A stretch of DNA of 64,000 bases from Opitutus sp. GAS368 (GCA_945861645.1 CAMAVZ010000004.1:18777-82776), one strand, 5' to 3'. Counted from the stretch's first letter, positions 52,573 to 61,561 are shown. Translations and numbers: made by a program. The notes: generated from the sequence alone by a model not told the origin.

Positions 52573-54492
52573 ATGGACGATATCAAGCCTGCCAACGAAT
52601 CCAACGACTCTGGTTTAAACAAACTTGACCTGAGTCAGTTGCAATCTTTCAGCTTCGGCACCCAGTGGTCAGAAGTTAAGCCCGTGTCCCCCGCCGGACG
52701 CCGTGAACGCGATTTCGATCGCCCCGGCCGCCGCGATGACGCAGGTGGGCATGGGGCGCCGCCTCGTGACCGCCGCTCGTTTCAAAAACCGAGTGGCCCC
52801 GGCCCCACTCCTGCTGGAGCTGGTTTTGCCCCTGGCGCTCCGAGTCGGGAAGGTCAGCCTCAAGGTCTCGACCGTCGTCGCTTCGACCGCGGAGCTCCTC
52901 AAGCGGGTGACCGTCGGCAAGATTTCCATGGTGAAGATCGCCGCGAGGGCGGTGGTCAGTCATTCGATCGGGGTCCTTACATTAGTCCCTATTTTGTGGC
53001 GACTTGCTATCCCGAGGACACCGGCTTTGCGGCCATGGTGAAAGCGGTTCGCGCCTCCTGCCGTACTTATCAGCTGTTCGAGATCACGAAAGCGGTCCTA
53101 GAGAAAAATGATCGCTTCATTGTCGTGCTCCAGCGCGCTCGCGCGGAGCGGCCGATGCGTCAGAGCCGCGCCCCAGAAGGAGCGGCGGTCGCCGAAGGTT
53201 CGACGGAGTCGGCGAGCAAGCCGGCGCAGGAAAAGCTCAACCCGATGTACATGTCGCAGCCTGATCATCTGCCTTTCGATACGGAAGAGGCGGCGATCCA
53301 ACACGTCTTGAGTAATAATCTCGGCGCATTTTTCGACCTGCAGGAAGTGGAGATTGAAGCCCCTAAGGGAAATTTCCCCATTATTAATAAATGTGGAATT
53401 ACCGGTGAATTGCTCGGGCCACCGAATCATCATCGGTATCAGCAAGTTTTACAGCAGCATCATGAGGCTAAACTCAGCCGCCTGCCGTTTGAGCGCTTTA
53501 GGGAAAGCATTATCTCAGCGCGCGAACCTGAGGTGCTCGCCGCTTGGATGGAAAAAATGAAAAAAGCCACGCGCTATACGTGGAAAACGCCGGCGGCCAA
53601 AGTCCCCGTCGTGGCCGCGAGCGAAGCGGCGGCTCCCGCTGAGGCTAACACTGCAGCGGCTGCCGCACCCGAGACGGTGGTCCCAGTGGCGGAGACTCCC
53701 GCGCCGGACGCTCCTCCTCCGATCAGTTTCGACACCGTCGAGGAAGCTCGCCTGCATCTGCTGGCTAACGTTCGCGACAAATTAGTGCGCGCCGTCGAGA
53801 ATGTGCGTTTCCAAGGCAAGTTGATTGAGAAACTCCCTGTGGGTGAAATTCGTCGCGCGCTGGAGGGCCACGTCGAACGCCAGCGGCGTTTCCCGCTCGA
53901 CACCGCCAACGCGCTCCGCGGTCGTCTGCGCCGCGAGAGTTTTACGATCTTTAAGAAAGGGTCCCGCGGCGTCTCCTATGTTTGCGCCGTTAAACGCCGC
54001 TTCCGGATTCCAGGCCAAGTATTCTCTGAGACCATTACTAAGCTCATCGATTTTATTGAGAAAAATCCGATGGTGCACATCAAGGATCTGCCTAAGAGTT
54101 TTTTTGCTATCGAGATTCCCGTAGCAGCACCGGTTGCCGCGGTTCCGGCCGCCGAGCCCGTAGCGCCAGCAGTTGCTTTGACGTCTGAGCAGTCAGAAAA
54201 GCTGCGCAAGATGAGCAATGATCTTCGTTGGCTCGTCATGGAAGGCTACGTCACCGAGTTCTCGGACGGTAAGCTATTTGCCCCGCCGCCCATGGCGCCC
54301 CAAGCCGCGAAGCGCGCTGAGGCCGGCGAAGACGAGAACGACCCGGTGGATTTCCCTGAGGCCCCGAGTGCCGCGGCGGCCCCAGTTGCGGTCGTCACCG
54401 CTCCGGCCACGGTAGTTGCTGCGACGGCTGCTGAGCCAATCGCGGCCGCCGCAGTTCTGGTGGCGCCAGTGATTGAAGAGCCCAAGCCGTAA
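52573..54492 (+). CDS. Hypothetical protein with an R/G/D-rich disordered N-terminus and Ala/Pro-rich linkers
   Basis: Long ORF; ATG at 52573 is in frame with the predicted ORF. The upstream extension overlaps the tRNA and is rejected. Confidence 0.8.
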   Translation: MDDIKPANESNDSGLNKLDLSQLQSFSFGTQWSEVKPVSPAGRRERDFDRPGRRDDAGGHGAPPRDRRSFQKPSGPGPTPAGAGFAPGAPSREGQPQGLDRRRFDRGAPQAGDRRQDFHGEDRREGGGQSFDRGPYISPYFVATCYPEDTGFAAMVKAVRASCRTYQLFEITKAVLEKNDRFIVVLQRARAERPMRQSRAPEGAAVAEGSTESASKPAQEKLNPMYMSQPDHLPFDTEEAAIQHVLSNNLGAFFDLQEVEIEAPKGNFPIINKCGITGELLGPPNHHRYQQVLQQHHEAKLSRLPFERFRESIISAREPEVLAAWMEKMKKATRYTWKTPAAKVPVVAASEAAAPAEANTAAAAAPETVVPVAETPAPDAPPPISFDTVEEARLHLLANVRDKLVRAVENVRFQGKLIEKLPVGEIRRALEGHVERQRRFPLDTANALRGRLRRESFTIFKKGSRGVSYVCAVKRRFRIPGQVFSETITKLIDFIEKNPMVHIKDLPKSFFAIEIPVAAPVAAVPAAEPVAPAVALTSEQSEKLRKMSNDLRWLVMEGYVTEFSDGKLFAPPPMAPQAAKRAEAGEDENDPVDFPEAPSAAAAPVAVVTAPATVVAATAAEPIAAAAVLVAPVIEEPKP

Positions 54493-54513
54493 GCTCGGGG
54501 TGCATTCATTTGC

Positions 54514-54542
54514 AAAGCCCGCTTTTACGAGCGGGCTTTTTT
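54514..54542. terminator. Intrinsic terminator (probably bidirectional)
   Basis: AAAGCCCGCT-tttacg-AGCGGGCTTTTTT between convergent genes. Confidence 0.85.
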
Positions 54543-54560
54543 ATGCCCACGCGGCCTCCA

Positions 54561-54995
54561 CTAGCGCAGCACCAGATGATGCCGGTCGCCGGCCACAATC
54601 GACAACGTCAAGTGCCAGGCATGGGCTGGCAGCCAATCACCGGTTTTATCCGGCCATTCCACGGCCAAGCACCAGGGTGTCTGCAGAAATTCTTCGAGCA
54701 GGAGTTCATCCAGAGCAGATTTTTTTTCCAAACGGTAAGCGTCCAAATGCACCAGGGTGCACTCGCTGCCTTGATAGATGGAATAAATCGCAAAAGTCGG
54801 GCTCGTCACATGTTCGCTCACGCCGAAGCCCTGCGCGAGGCCTTGCACGAAAGTTGTTTTGCCAACGCCCATCTCACCATGCAGCGCCAGCGTCGTGTCC
54901 GGCGGCAGCGCGGCCGCTAATTCGGCCGCGAGGGCTCGAGTTTGTTCCGCTGACTCGGTGGTGATACCAGCTTTAAGTTTTTGGAGTATGGTCAT
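54561..54995 (-). CDS. tsaE: tRNA threonylcarbamoyladenosine biosynthesis ATPase TsaE
   Basis: GEMGVGKT, VTSPTF, HLDAYRL and VEWP. Confidence 0.95.
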   Translation of the reverse strand: MTILQKLKAGITTESAEQTRALAAELAAALPPDTTLALHGEMGVGKTTFVQGLAQGFGVSEHVTSPTFAIYSIYQGSECTLVHLDAYRLEKKSALDELLLEEFLQTPWCLAVEWPDKTGDWLPAHAWHLTLSIVAGDRHHLVLR

Positions 54996-55010
54996 GGCGC
55001 GAGGGCTCGA

Positions 55011-55970
55011 TCAGCGCAGATGCTCATAGCCGCAATAATTTTCTAGCCGCAAGGCCTTGCGCGGGAATTCCGCGCAGCGTACAAAATCCCCTAGGAGCGA
55101 TAATTTAGTTTGAGGGAAACGTTGCTGCCAAGCGCGGGCGAAAAGAGCGGCGTTGGCGCGGGCCCGCACCACGATCAGCAACTCATAATCTTCGCCGTCA
55201 CTGAGGGCGTGAAAGAGCGCGCTTTTTTTAGTGGTGCGCGCCCGCTGGCGTGCGGCGGCGCTGAGCGGAATGGCGGCCGCGCACAGGGCGGGGGTGAGCC
55301 CAACCGGCGTGAGTGCGTTGAGGTCTTGAGCAAGGCCGTCGCTAACATCCATCATGGCGCAAACCTCCGGTCGCTTCGCCAGCCAGGCCCCTTCGGCCAA
55401 ACGGGGGGAGAAATTATAGTGCTGCCCGAGTAAGCTGCCGCCGAGTTTTCCCGTGACGTAAATGCGGTCGCCGCGCTGCGCGCCCACGCGGGTGACAACT
55501 CGCTGGCCGGTGGCCTCACCATGTAGCGTCAAAAATGCTCCAAAAAAACCAGCAGGGCCCTGCGTGATATCGCCGCCGACAATTTTTACCTGATATTTTA
55601 GTGCGCAGCTGGCGAGTCCGCGGTAAAAAGATTTTAGCCAAGCGCGGCTCGTTTCGGGGGCGAGAGCGAGCGAGACCACGGCGGCGCTGGGCCGTCCGCC
55701 CATCGCGGCGATATCGCTGAGATTACGTTTGAGCAACTTAGCCCCGACAGCGCGGGGGGCGACGTGCTGATCGAAGTGTTGACCGTAGATGACGGGGTCG
55801 GTGGTGACGAGTTGATGGCGTCGTGTCGGGGGTAGCACCGCGCAATCATCGCCGATGCCAAAGGGGGCGGGCGGGGAAGCCGGGCCGAGCCACCGACGAA
55901 TCTCTGTAATGAGGCGTCGCTCGCCGTAGGCGCTCACGGCTTGGCTGCGATCGGAGGTAAAAGGCGTCAT
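55011..55970 (-). CDS. thiL: Thiamine-monophosphate kinase
   Basis: GIGDDCA, NLSDIAAMG, VGGD, MDVSDGL and GEDYEL. Confidence 0.95.
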   Translation of the reverse strand: MTPFTSDRSQAVSAYGERRLITEIRRWLGPASPPAPFGIGDDCAVLPPTRRHQLVTTDPVIYGQHFDQHVAPRAVGAKLLKRNLSDIAAMGGRPSAAVVSLALAPETSRAWLKSFYRGLASCALKYQVKIVGGDITQGPAGFFGAFLTLHGEATGQRVVTRVGAQRGDRIYVTGKLGGSLLGQHYNFSPRLAEGAWLAKRPEVCAMMDVSDGLAQDLNALTPVGLTPALCAAAIPLSAAARQRARTTKKSALFHALSDGEDYELLIVVRARANAALFARAWQQRFPQTKLSLLGDFVRCAEFPRKALRLENYCGYEHLR

Positions 55971-55972
55971 GA

Positions 55973-56830
55973 TTACTGCGGCAAACCGGAGAGCACGATG
56001 AGGACGGTATTTAAGTTGAACAGCCCGTGAGCAATTATTGGAGCACGAATATCGCCAGTGGTTTCGTAAATCAGCGCAAGAATTATGCCCAGCAGCGCGA
56101 GGGGCAGGAAGCTGGCCCAGTTGGCGTGGACTGCCCCAAATAAGGCGCCACTTAAAATGAGAGCGGTGGTGCGACCGAGATGCTGCCGGCAGAAGCGATA
56201 GAGTCCGGCCCGGAAAAGTAATTCTTCGTAGAGTGGGGCGAAGACGCAGGCGACAAGCAGCATTCCTGCGATCACGTAGGGCGATTTAGTTTGGGCGAAA
56301 ATAGCGATGAGATCCTGCGGAGCGGCGGGTAAACCCAAGGCTTCAATCAGTAAGGTCCAAAGCCAATTAGCGGCGACGATGAGTGGCAGGGCGGTTAATA
56401 ATGCCGTGCTCGCGGTGAGGGTCAATTGGCTCCACGAAAGCGTGGGTGTCGGCGTTACCGGGGTCGGGGTGCTAGGGCTGGCCCACGTTGCCTGGATCCA
56501 GCGGAAGAGGCCCCAACCGAGCAGGCCGCCGCCGTCAAAACTGAAGCCGTTCACGCAAAGTTGCAGTCCTTCGCGGTCGACTGATTTTGCGATGATCGTT
56601 TTAAATATACCTTGCGCGGCCAGCTGACAAAACGCCCCCGTGCCCAGGATAAAAAAAATAAATAGGCCAAATTCTGCCAGGGTCAGGGGCCACGGGGGTA
56701 GGGTTTGGGGCCTGAGCCAGCGCGTGCGCTGGGCGGGCTGGGTTACGAGGCGTTGAAAAAAATAAAGACCGGCCAGCAGCAAGGATAGCTCGAAGAGCAC
56801 TAAGATTTGCTGGAGGGGTTCGGTCGGCAT
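55973..56830 (-). CDS. CPBP (CAAX/Abi) family intramembrane glutamic endopeptidase
   Basis: EELLFR, FGAVH and HGLFN motifs; multi-TM. Confidence 0.9.
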   Translation of the reverse strand: MPTEPLQQILVLFELSLLLAGLYFFQRLVTQPAQRTRWLRPQTLPPWPLTLAEFGLFIFFILGTGAFCQLAAQGIFKTIIAKSVDREGLQLCVNGFSFDGGGLLGWGLFRWIQATWASPSTPTPVTPTPTLSWSQLTLTASTALLTALPLIVAANWLWTLLIEALGLPAAPQDLIAIFAQTKSPYVIAGMLLVACVFAPLYEELLFRAGLYRFCRQHLGRTTALILSGALFGAVHANWASFLPLALLGIILALIYETTGDIRAPIIAHGLFNLNTVLIVLSGLPQ

Positions 56831-56960
56831 GGCGTGGCTTTATCTTTGGCGGTCTCGCAGCAAAAAACCAATCAGAAACACCCGATGACCAGCCGCCCGC
56901 TCACGCGATGGCGACTCGCCTTTATTCTCAGCCAATGAAAGTAGCGCTAGCCCCGCGCGC

Positions 56961-58250
56961 TTAAACCATCTTGCCGTTAGCGTAGACGATCTTGCCGGAC
57001 ACGATGGTGGTCTTCACGCAACCGGTCAGTGATTGCTGGTTCCAAGGCGAATTGATCGATTTGCTAAAAGCGCCGTAGGTATTGTAGAGCCACGTCTCAT
57101 TGGGATCGAAGATACAAACATCCGCGACTGCGCCAGCCGCGAGCGTGCCCGCCGGGAGTTTTAGGATATTCGCGGCCTTGCGCGTCATGAGGTCGATGAC
57201 TTGAGTCAGCTTAAATTTACTTTTCCGCACGAGGACATCGAGGCAGATGGGCAAAGCCGTCTCGAGCCCGATAATCCCATTCGGGGCATAATCAAATTCG
57301 CGGTCTTTTTCCTCGGGGGCGTGGGGCGCGTGGTCGGTACCGATGCAGTCAAGCGTCCCGTCTTTCAGGCCGGCGATAATCGCCTTGCGATCTGCTTCCG
57401 TGCGCAACGGCGGGTTCATCTTGAGGTTGGTATCGTAAGTGCCGAGCGCATCCTCGGTCAGCGCAATGTGATGAGGGGTGGCTTCAGCGGTGACGTTGAC
57501 CTTGTCTTGCTTGGCCCGGCGCATGAGTTCGACGGAGTGCGCCGAACTGATGTGTTGCATGTGAATATGGGCGCCGGTGTAGCGCGAGAGGATGATATTG
57601 CGCGCCACGATGATATCTTCGGCGGCGTGCGGCCAACCCTTGAGGCCTAAACGGGTCGACATCACGCCTTCATTCATGACGGCCTTGTCGGTCATCGACT
57701 CATCTTGGCAGTGGTCGAGAATAGTTAGGTCGAACATTTTAGCGTATTCGACGGCGCGGTGCATGAGTTCGTTAGACTGAACGCACAAGCCGTCATCGGT
57801 GAGGGCGACGACCCCGGCTTTTTTTAATGAGCCATGGGGTGCAAGTTGTTGCCCCTTCATCCCCACCGTAATGCAGCCCGTGGCGTAAACATGCACGGGG
57901 GCGTTGGCGGCGGCGGCGTTGATGAGTTGAATGGTCCCGGTATTATCGGCGACGGGGGATGTATTCGGCATGCACACCACCGAGGTGAATCCGCCGGCGG
58001 CAGCGGCTTGAGCGCCCGTCAGGATTGTCTCTTTGTGCGTCTGACCGGGTTCGCGGAAATGCACATGAATATCCACGAGACCAGGACAAACCACGAGTCC
58101 GCGGGCTTCGATGACCTGCGCAGTTTTTTGCTGGGCCGAGGTTAGTGTTTTGACGAATTTACCATCGGCAATGAAGACGTCACTGACTTTATCCCGCTTG
58201 GCCGCAGGGTCGATGACGCGGCCGTTTTTAATGATGAGCAAGGCAGGCAT
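56961..58250 (-). CDS. pyrC: Dihydroorotase (type I)
   Basis: DIHVHFREPG, MPNT, KMNPPLR and TDHAPH. Confidence 0.95.
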   Translation of the reverse strand: MPALLIIKNGRVIDPAAKRDKVSDVFIADGKFVKTLTSAQQKTAQVIEARGLVVCPGLVDIHVHFREPGQTHKETILTGAQAAAAGGFTSVVCMPNTSPVADNTGTIQLINAAAANAPVHVYATGCITVGMKGQQLAPHGSLKKAGVVALTDDGLCVQSNELMHRAVEYAKMFDLTILDHCQDESMTDKAVMNEGVMSTRLGLKGWPHAAEDIIVARNIILSRYTGAHIHMQHISSAHSVELMRRAKQDKVNVTAEATPHHIALTEDALGTYDTNLKMNPPLRTEADRKAIIAGLKDGTLDCIGTDHAPHAPEEKDREFDYAPNGIIGLETALPICLDVLVRKSKFKLTQVIDLMTRKAANILKLPAGTLAAGAVADVCIFDPNETWLYNTYGAFSKSINSPWNQQSLTGCVKTTIVSGKIVYANGKMV

Positions 58251-58316
58251 GTTTAAAAGTTAGCCACAAAAATGGTATTGAAGAAAAGAAGAGGGGGAAG
58301 AAGAGGAATAGGAATT

Positions 58317-58345
58317 GGCCACAAAAAACACCAGAAACACAAAAA
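58317..58345 (+). repeat. Left inverted repeat of the GxxExxY cassette
   Basis: GGCCACAAAAAACACCAGAAACACAAAAA; 27/29 match to the reverse complement of 58746-58774. Confidence 0.9.
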
Positions 58346-58347
58346 AT

Positions 58348-58737
58348 TCAGGCCGTAGGATCGGACATGAGGTATTTTTTAACGTGAAGACGCGAGGAAC
58401 CGAAATTGATAAGCAGGCCGGTTTCGATTCGACCGGAACGCAAATAACCGAGCAGCTGAGCGATGTGTTCCTCTGCGACTGATCGTGCCGCCTTAAGTTC
58501 TACGATCAGTTGGCCGTCAATGAATAGGTCCGCAAAGAATTCGCCGAGCACGGTGCCGTCCTCATCATGTACTGTCAGCGGATACTGTTGCTTAACGTCC
58601 AGACCCTGCTTGCGCAGTCGATGAACGAGGGCGTTTTCGTAAATTTTTTCCATATGCCCGTTTCGATGATAATAGTGAATAGCGAAGCTGGTTTCTCGGA
58701 CTATATCACAGAGTTGATTAATCGGATTTTTTCTCAT
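58348..58737 (-). CDS. GxxExxY protein (PD-(D/E)XK nuclease-like family)
   Basis: 129 aa; GHMEKIY (GxxExxY), ADLFID..LIVELKA, AQLLGYL and GLLINFG. Confidence 0.93.
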   Translation of the reverse strand: MRKNPINQLCDIVRETSFAIHYYHRNGHMEKIYENALVHRLRKQGLDVKQQYPLTVHDEDGTVLGEFFADLFIDGQLIVELKAARSVAEEHIAQLLGYLRSGRIETGLLINFGSSRLHVKKYLMSDPTA

Positions 58738-58745
58738 GGGTCTAC

Positions 58746-58774
58746 TTTTTGTGTTTTTCGTGTTTTTTGTGGCC
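58746..58774 (-). repeat. Right inverted repeat of the GxxExxY cassette
   Basis: TTTTTGTGTTTTTCGTGTTTTTTGTGGCC, 8 nt upstream of the GxxExxY ATG. Confidence 0.9.
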
Positions 58775-58788
58775 CATTGAATTGGAGA

Positions 58789-59736
58789 TCACTCGACCGG
58801 GGCGAGGACGGCTTCAGGTTGGCCGCCGGCGCAGAGGTAGAGAGCAGCCATGCGGACGGCGATGCCGTTGGTGACTTGTCGGAGGATCACGCTGCGGGGC
58901 GAGTCAGCGATATCGCTATCGATTTCAACGCCGCGGTTGATCGGCCCTGGGTGCATAATAATGGCATCCGGTTTAACCCAGCTAGCACGGGTATAATTGA
59001 GGCCAAACATGCTGGTATATTCGCCGATGGAGGGGAAGTGGCTGACACCTTGGCGCTCGTGTTGGATGCGGAGCAGCATGACCACGTCGGCATCTGCGAG
59101 CGCGGTGCGGAGATGATGCGAGACTTTGACGCCCATGGATTCAAACCAGTGGGGAACGAGGGTCGAGGGTCCGACAATTGTCACATCAGCCCCGAGTTTG
59201 GTGAGAGCGTGAATATTGGAGCGGGCTACTCGGCTAAAAAGAATGTCGCCGAGGATGACGACCTTGCGGCCTTTCAGATTCCCCAGTTTCTCGCGCATCG
59301 TGAACACATCAAGCAAGGCTTGCGTTGGGTGTTCGTGCGCACCGTCACCGGCATTGATGACGGGGATATCTAACACCCGGCTCAGGTAGAGTGGGGAACC
59401 ACTCGCCGAGTGGCGCAAGACGATCATATCGGCATTGAGGGCCTGAATATTTTGCGCGGTATCGCGGAGCGTTTCGCCCTTGGTCGTGCTGGAGGCGGCG
59501 GCGTCGAAGGAGATCACGTCGGCGCTCAGAAGTTTAGCCGCCATCTCGAAAGACATGCGGGTGCGGGTGCTGGGCTCGAGAAAAAGATTAACGATCGTCT
59601 TGCCGCGCAGTGCGGGGACTTTCTTGACCTTGCGGTCGAGGATACGGCGGAAGGCGCCGGCCGTGATTAGCAATTGTTCGATCTCAGCGCGGCTGAGCTC
59701 TTCGATCGTCAGGAGATGTTTACGATGCCAAGGCAC
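58789..59736 (-). CDS. pyrB: Aspartate carbamoyltransferase catalytic subunit
   Basis: EPSTRT.SF, KGETL.DT, NAGDG.HEHPTQALLD, SRVARS and MHPGP.NRG. Confidence 0.97.
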   Translation of the reverse strand: MPWHRKHLLTIEELSRAEIEQLLITAGAFRRILDRKVKKVPALRGKTIVNLFLEPSTRTRMSFEMAAKLLSADVISFDAAASSTTKGETLRDTAQNIQALNADMIVLRHSASGSPLYLSRVLDIPVINAGDGAHEHPTQALLDVFTMREKLGNLKGRKVVILGDILFSRVARSNIHALTKLGADVTIVGPSTLVPHWFESMGVKVSHHLRTALADADVVMLLRIQHERQGVSHFPSIGEYTSMFGLNYTRASWVKPDAIIMHPGPINRGVEIDSDIADSPRSVILRQVTNGIAVRMAALYLCAGGQPEAVLAPVE

Positions 59737-60319
59737 GGGCGGAGGAATTTGATTTTTTCTTCACAGGTTTAACTTTTAAAGGGGCCGGAGCAGCCGGAAT
59801 GGTAATGGAATCATGGCTCGGCTGCAGGGCATCGAGGTGGACTTTGACTTTTTCCGTGTCGGTTGCGCTGATTGTGAGGCCGCAGTAACTGGCGGCGATG
59901 GGCAGCCGGCGGCCACCGCGATCCACGAGTACCGCCAGTTCCACTAACGCTGGGCGGCCATGGTCAAATAATTCAGCGAGAGCTGCCTTGATGGTCCGGC
60001 CCGAGTAAAGAACGTCGTCCACGAGAATGACGGTGGCGCCATTAACATCGTGAGGAATGACGGTTGGGGAGAATTCTTTCGGAATGGGATGGCGGCCGAT
60101 GTCATCCCGATGAAACGAGATATCAATCGTGCCGAGTTCGAGCCGCAGGCCGGCTTTTTTTAACCGAGCGGCTAAGCGCTGAGCGAGATTGAGGCCGCCG
60201 TTAGCAATACCCAGGAGCAGTAAATTTTTGGTCTGCTGGTGTCGTTGGGCAATGGCGGTAGCGATTCGACCGATGGCTTGGTCAATGGATTGCGCGTCGT
60301 GCTGCAGGAGAGTGGCCAC
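59720..60319 (-). CDS. pyrR: Bifunctional pyr regulator / uracil phosphoribosyltransferase PyrR
   Basis: DISFHRDD, ILVDDVLYSGRT and VLVDRGGRRLPI. Overlaps the pyrB start. Confidence 0.92.
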   Translation of the reverse strand: MATLLQHDAQSIDQAIGRIATAIAQRHQQTKNLLLLGIANGGLNLAQRLAARLKKAGLRLELGTIDISFHRDDIGRHPIPKEFSPTVIPHDVNGATVILVDDVLYSGRTIKAALAELFDHGRPALVELAVLVDRGGRRLPIAASYCGLTISATDTEKVKVHLDALQPSHDSITIPAAPAPLKVKPVKKKSNSSARALAS

Positions 60320-60404
60320 GAGCCCGAGGTTTTGAGGGGTGGTAGGGGAGGCGTCCAGCGTAAAGCACTATCCCGTTAAACACGGAGCGAATCGATCCCT
60401 GATT

Positions 60405-60810
60405 GCCTCAAAAAGCACAAGAAGACGCAGAATCGGCTAAGGCAGGCGGCGGAAAAGAAGAAATTGGGAAACGGGAGCGCGAAGCTTAGGTTTAAGTTTT
60501 AAGGGGTAAGTTTTAAGCTCGGAGCGGATCGACCGATCGACCAAGGCATTTTTAACCGCGAAAGGCGCGAAATGACGCGAAGGGTCCAGACCTCTAGCCT
60601 CTAGCCTGAAGCCTACGAGCCGCCACAAAAAGCCCAGAGGGCGCAGAATCGGCCAAGGGAGGCGGTGGAAAAGAAGAAATTGAGAAAGTGGAAAATTGGG
60701 AAACGGCAGTCGAAAGCCGGAGATCGGCTCCATAATCCATAACCTCTGACCTCTCACCCAAAGCCTACGAGCCGCCACAAAAAGCCCAGAAGGCGCAGAA
60801 TCGGCTAAGG
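60405..60810. repeat. Mosaic intergenic repeat array: three imperfect direct repeats built from 7-, 8- and 9-bp periodic motifs
   Basis: 60609-60658 and 60761-60810 are 48/50 identical. 60426-60466 and 60642-60682 are 38/41 identical. Confidence 0.88.
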
Positions 60811-60816
60811 TATGGC

Positions 60817-61479
60817 TCAGAGCGGGGTGACGCAATCGGGTGCTTGGTAGCGGGAATTGTTCATCTTCGGGTCGACGCGATGGCTCTGCATCATTTCGCT
60901 GGGGAGCGGACGGCAGAGTCGGCTAAGCTGACTTGGGTCGAGCGGGGCATCGCCCAACCAAGCGGGACCGCTATTGGGGCCTAACATCACGGGCATGCGG
61001 TCATGAATCGGTTGCAGGAGAGAGTTGGGGGTAGTCGTGACGAGGCAAAATGCCGCGGGGCCCTGTTCGCTGGCGGGTGACCATAATCCGGCAAAGAAAA
61101 AACTTTGGCCGGTTTTTAAGCTAAAATAATGCGGCAGGCGCGTGGTGCCTTGTTTTTCCCATTCATAAAAACCATCGGCGAGGACGAGGCAGCGGCGATG
61201 AAGCGTCGCTTCACAAAAGCTACTTTTGCTTAATAAAGTTTCAGCGCGGGCATTGCCCAGTATCAGGGGGCGCTGAGTGGGGGTGCGGGCGGGTAGGGTT
61301 AGGCCGAAGCTCAGTCGCGCCAATTCGGGGGCGCCCTGTTGGGTGATGACTGGCATGAGGCTGGTGAGAGCCACGTTGTAGTGCGGCGTCCAGTCCGCAT
61401 CCGCCGCGGGCAAGGTATCGTTGAGGCCAGCCGGCAAGGCCACGCGGTTAATTTTTTTAAGAGTATAACGAAGGCACAT
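60817..61479 (-). CDS. SOS response-associated peptidase (SRAP, YedK/HMCES-like)
   Basis: N-terminal MC, NARAET, RCLV.ADGFYEW and IHDRMPV. Confidence 0.92.
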   Translation of the reverse strand: MCLRYTLKKINRVALPAGLNDTLPAADADWTPHYNVALTSLMPVITQQGAPELARLSFGLTLPARTPTQRPLILGNARAETLLSKSSFCEATLHRRCLVLADGFYEWEKQGTTRLPHYFSLKTGQSFFFAGLWSPASEQGPAAFCLVTTTPNSLLQPIHDRMPVMLGPNSGPAWLGDAPLDPSQLSRLCRPLPSEMMQSHRVDPKMNNSRYQAPDCVTPL

Positions 61480-61561
61480 GGCTCGCTAAAGCGGGTGGCA
61501 GTTGGGTCACGAGTGTGGCTGGGAAGCACTATAAATCAAGGGGTTGAGCGAAACTATGCTT

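Noticed and set aside
58567-59373. 268-aa plus-strand ORF and similar long antisense ORFs (e.g. 1831-2499, 33858-34571, 41957-42601)
   Set aside because: Shadow ORFs opposite well-supported genes in GC-rich DNA, with no family motifs.
60320-60440. PyrR-binding attenuator upstream of pyrR
   Set aside because: No recognisable PyrR binding loop or terminator/antiterminator pair on the minus strand.
60405-60810. CRISPR array
   Set aside because: Only three imperfect units with unequal spacing (216 and 152 bp). The intervening segments are themselves repetitive, and there are no cas genes in the window.
60437-60835. 132-aa minus-strand ORF
   Set aside because: It is a translation of the repeat array (repeated SQFLLF.RLP) and resembles no protein family.
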